64,000 nt of DNA, taken from the IMG/VR virus record IMGVR_UViG_3300010163_000006, positions 32,001 through 96,000 of that record, one strand, 5' to 3'. The notes below the pieces were generated by a model that was given only the letters and a program-made list of their open reading frames with translations, was not told where the DNA came from and did no database searches. The stretch comes from a virus (lineage: Duplodnaviria > Caudoviricetes). The position numbers and the translations under genes are program-made. This document shows positions 61,129 through 64,000 of the stretch, piece by piece. Each line of letters starts with the position of its first letter. Position 1 is the stretch's first letter.

Positions 61129-61595
61129 TCACCAAGCATCACAAGACTGAACCAAGCCTCACCATGACAGAACTAAAATAAACTATACTTAGCTTCACCA
61201 TCACTCTACATGACGTTGCCTCACCAGTACCAAACAACACAATACCTGACAATATCATACCATGACGATACTTGGCTGAACCATCACGTTAATATACCCG
61301 ACACCACTCAACTTTACCAATACACCACCCACTTCAATACACCTGACAACACTCTACCAATACATGACGGGACTGAACGATGCCACACCAACACATTGCA
61401 TCACCCCACGAAACATGACAAAGCCTTACATTCACTTAACTCTGCAACACTATGCGTAACCTTAACGTTACTGTGCAACTCACAGCTATGCCTTTACTGA
61501 ACATCAGGTCATGTAATACTATATACATACCATCACATGACCTGACTACACCACACTTTAATACGCCACACTTCACTTTACCATGGCTGTGATAT
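61129..61595 (-). repeat. Array 1: non-coding 5-nt-periodic array (minus strand NGY-NN, about 90 units); putative guide-RNA precursor
   Basis: Plus strand parses acc-aa gca-tc aca-ag act-ga acc-aa gcc-tc acc-atg aca-ga act-aa...; starts about 10 nt after the stop codon of the Cas7-like gene. Confidence 0.85.
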
Positions 61596-61605
61596 TTGTG
61601 GCTGA

Positions 61606-62238
61606 TTAGTGTTCTGAAGCATTACCCCCGATTACATTTCCGTCGGCATCAAGCTCTTCCCAGACAAATTTACCCTTTCCACTGTTGCGCCACTGACCCG
61701 TTCCGTGGTAGAATCCATAGTCCAACCATTCACGAACGAGTGTTTCATCTTCATCCACCATACACAGTACGGTGAATTCGTTAGTGGAGCCGACCGGCAC
61801 GGTTTCTGAACATGCCAGTGAAACACGTTCACCCTGTGGTGTGTTGGCTCTTAACGGTCTCTGACACAACGTTATCTCACCATTAACGTTGATGACGGAT
61901 TTGCGTTCCTTGATAAAGATCAGACCGTCTATCTGTTTCTTAAACGCTTTGATCTTTGATGAAGCGGTACCTTTAACCTTTTTGAGGAAACTACAGGTCT
62001 CCTTGAAGTAACCTCGCCACTGATAGTCGTAAATGATCAGATTTCCGTCATCGTCTCTCGGGAATACGGTTGTTCCCTTTTCAACAGTCGGATCAACACC
62101 GACAGATGCTACCTCATCATCGATTGTGGTTGCATCGGGTGACTTCGAAGCGATGTAGCTTCTGTAGATTTCCTGGTCATTGGTTGCTGTGCCAAGCAGC
62201 TCCTCGATAAATGTTACGCGTACTCTGATTTCTTTCAT
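61606..62238 (-). CDS. Stand-alone Cas7/Csm3-like RAMP-superfamily protein (210 aa)
   Basis: RAMP motif order: IRVRVTFIEELLG (beta1), FPRDDDGNLIIYDYQWRGYFKE (P.I.gss.KG..R-like), ETVPVGSTNEFTV (E.v..Gt.F.f), G-rich loop GTGQWRNSGKGKF; AAGGAGG RBS. Confidence 0.75.
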   Translation of the reverse strand: MKEIRVRVTFIEELLGTATNDQEIYRSYIASKSPDATTIDDEVASVGVDPTVEKGTTVFPRDDDGNLIIYDYQWRGYFKETCSFLKKVKGTASSKIKAFKKQIDGLIFIKERKSVINVNGEITLCQRPLRANTPQGERVSLACSETVPVGSTNEFTVLCMVDEDETLVREWLDYGFYHGTGQWRNSGKGKFVWEELDADGNVIGGNASEH

Positions 62239-62341
62239 AGAAATCAACCTCCTTTAGATAAATAATAAGTAGTTTATGGATATCTCATTTCTGATATATC
62301 CATAATAATTAAATATATTTCAAAAATAAGAAAAATAGAAA

Positions 62342-62362
62342 GTCCGGGGATAATCCCCGGAC
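62342..62362 (-). terminator. Intrinsic terminator upstream of the RAMP gene promoter region
   Basis: GTCCGGGGAT-A-ATCCCCGGAC with an A-rich tract on its left. Confidence 0.7.
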
Positions 62363-62377
62363 ATGAAATTCTTCTAT

Positions 62378-62764
62378 TTATGGAGCCGGATATATGACAA
62401 AAGTTTTCAGACCTTTGATCTTGAACCCGCCGTCTTCTGTCGGTTCTCCGAACACTCTTGGGACGGCAATCAATTTGGGATTGTTTGACACAAATTCCTT
62501 GATCATTTTGTCAGATTGGTCAAATTCAACATCTATCCACCCACCAACAAATCCCATATCATAACCAGTTATCACTCCTATGATATCATTTATATCAACT
62601 CTCAAATGTAAAATATCTACTGTTTTACAGTCTGTTCCCTTCACAACCTTCATACCAACCAAACCATGTGTAGATATATGTTTGTATAAGTCTTTAAATG
62701 ATAGACATTCGTTGATTCTGACGGGAATGGTTTTCCTGATCTTCTTAGGGATCCTGACTTTCAT
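62378..62764 (-). CDS. Hypothetical protein between array 2 and the RAMP gene
   Basis: AAGGAG RBS before MKVRIPK; about 128 aa. Confidence 0.6.
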   Translation of the reverse strand: MKVRIPKKIRKTIPVRINECLSFKDLYKHISTHGLVGMKVVKGTDCKTVDILHLRVDINDIIGVITGYDMGFVGGWIDVEFDQSDKMIKEFVSNNPKLIAVPRVFGEPTEDGGFKIKGLKTFVIYPAP

Positions 62765-62791
62765 TAATTTATCACTCCTTTCCATATAATA

Positions 62792-62828
62792 AAAAATAAC
62801 CCCCGTAAGGTGGGAGGAGGTTATTTTT
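62792..62828 (-). terminator. Terminator-like hairpin closing array 2
   Basis: AAAAATAACC...GGTTATTTTT arms around a GC-rich imperfect inner stem. Confidence 0.55.
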
Positions 62829-62840
62829 CTTTAAGATATG

Positions 62841-64000
62841 TCGTTACCATTACTCTACAAGACCCAACTTTGATGAACCATTACTGAACCAAACCGCGCT
62901 TTGCCTTACAACACTTGGCATCGCCGCACCGTAACACCGCTATACTGGGCTGAACTATGCCTTTACGCAACAGCACTATTCGACGCTACACCATAACTTC
63001 ACAATACCCACGCGGTACAATGCGTTACAGGACATAGCCTTTACTGGTACCATTCGACACCTTACCTGCACATGACATCGCCACCTATCACAACACAACA
63101 CCAATACAGAACAATACCGAACGCCACACTACCTTTACGATACATACGAACACGAAGCTCAATATTACTATACTTAACATTACCCGTTACGTGACCATGC
63201 GGCACCTGACCTTACCAAAACATTACTCTACGCCTCCTGGCTTTACCCAAACATTACGCTCGCAGCATTACTGCACCATCACAGCACCATACGTAAACTG
63301 ACTATACATTACCGATACAATACGAATCAGTACGGAACATCACGGAACCCATTACGTAACGTAACGCCACTTGACCGAACTGCACCCTCACAAAACTATC
63401 CCATACTGTACCATTAATGTACACTGCGTGACTAAACACGACTCTACCTGTACTTTACTATGAGCAACGTATCTCCGCTCCGCTTTACCTTTACTAAGCA
63501 TTACCTGGTATTGCTTAACCTTGCCTATACGATACCAAGCGTGGCATTTCTTCACCGCACCGTTTACTCTACATTACTCGACTTCACTCCAACATTACCC
63601 TCACATGGCATCATAAGACCACACTTTACCTTTACGACACCTCACAGAACAGGACCAAACCATGCCTGAACATTACCTTTAGATCACAATACGCGACGAT
63701 ACTTCACCTTACCATTACCAGAGAAAACGTCACCATACCGATACCGCAACCATGCTTCACCTTACTTAACCCTTACTTGGCTTGGCGGAACAAAACTATA
63801 CTATACCGTTACATAATCATACCGCACCCGGCCTTACCCATAACATCACAAAACTTTTCTGTACACTTCCTTTGCGGAAACTATGCCCGACACAGCATCA
63901 CGACACTATACCGGAACGCCACGTCACTCTACGGTACACCACCATGCTATACCAGCACAGTGCATTACTTGACATTGCTTTACCTTACCAATGCTGTACA
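62841..64000 (-). repeat. Array 2: non-coding 5-nt-periodic array (minus strand NGY-NN, over 200 units), running off the window end
   Basis: Minus strand from 64000 reads TGT-AC AGC-ATT GGT-AA GGT-AA AGC-AA TGT-CA AGT-AA TGC-AC TGT-GCT GGT-AT AGC-AT GGT-GG... Confidence 0.88.

Noticed and set aside
61210-61500. 96-aa + strand ORF (T/H/L-rich) inside array 1
   Set aside because: No RBS; its composition is a by-product of the A/C-rich period-5 array; it is opposite to local gene orientation; a 5-nt period with +1 slips does not fit codon structure.
63460-63669. 69-aa + strand ORF inside array 2
   Set aside because: Same reasons; a chance open frame in G-poor periodic DNA.
61129-64000. Classical CRISPR array, TIGR-type array or microsatellite
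   Set aside because: No identical 25-40-nt direct repeats alternating with spacers, no fixed 36-nt unit with conserved boxes or Nop-domain gene, and neighbouring units are not copies of one another.
1-64000. tRNA/rRNA genes or an alternative genetic code
   Set aside because: No cloverleaf or rRNA-like tract noticed; code-11 ORFs tile the window, and the main breaks are explained by introns.

Overview
A 64-kb, AT-rich segment of a jumbo bacteriophage of the phiKZ/AR9-related type that encodes its own multisubunit RNA polymerase. Strong AAGGAGG ribosome-binding sites suggest a Firmicutes host (inference). Core genes recognisable from motifs are: SbcC/Rad50-like ATPase, SbcD/Mre11-like nuclease, DnaB helicase, RNA polymerase beta N-terminal subunit, GroEL-like chaperonin, primase, dCMP deaminase, NAD-dependent ligase, RecA/UvsX, two metallophosphoesterases, and baseplate-like and internal-head-like proteins. 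The dnaB and RNAP genes are each split by a group I intron; exact splice junctions can be deduced, and the dnaB intron carries an HNH endonuclease. The standout is the right end (61.1-64.0 kb). A lone 210-aa Cas7/Csm3-like RAMP gene, with no other cas gene and no CRISPR array in the window, lies between two long non-coding arrays. These arrays have a strong 5-nt period (minus strand NGY-NN, with every unit different) and are punctuated every 21-41 nt by a 6-nt unit, usually NNN-GGY. Each array ends in a terminator-like hairpin. This looks like a minimal RNA-guided system that uses a non-contiguous guide code. Secondary findings: three prion-like proteins sharing an SRR[NF] motif near an atypical kinase; a catalytically degenerate Dda/RecD-like helicase; head proteins punctuated by [VIY]QE motifs, including an apparent polyprotein; and a recurrent phage promoter motif followed by a 5' hairpin. 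All calls come from reading motifs by eye; no database searches were run.
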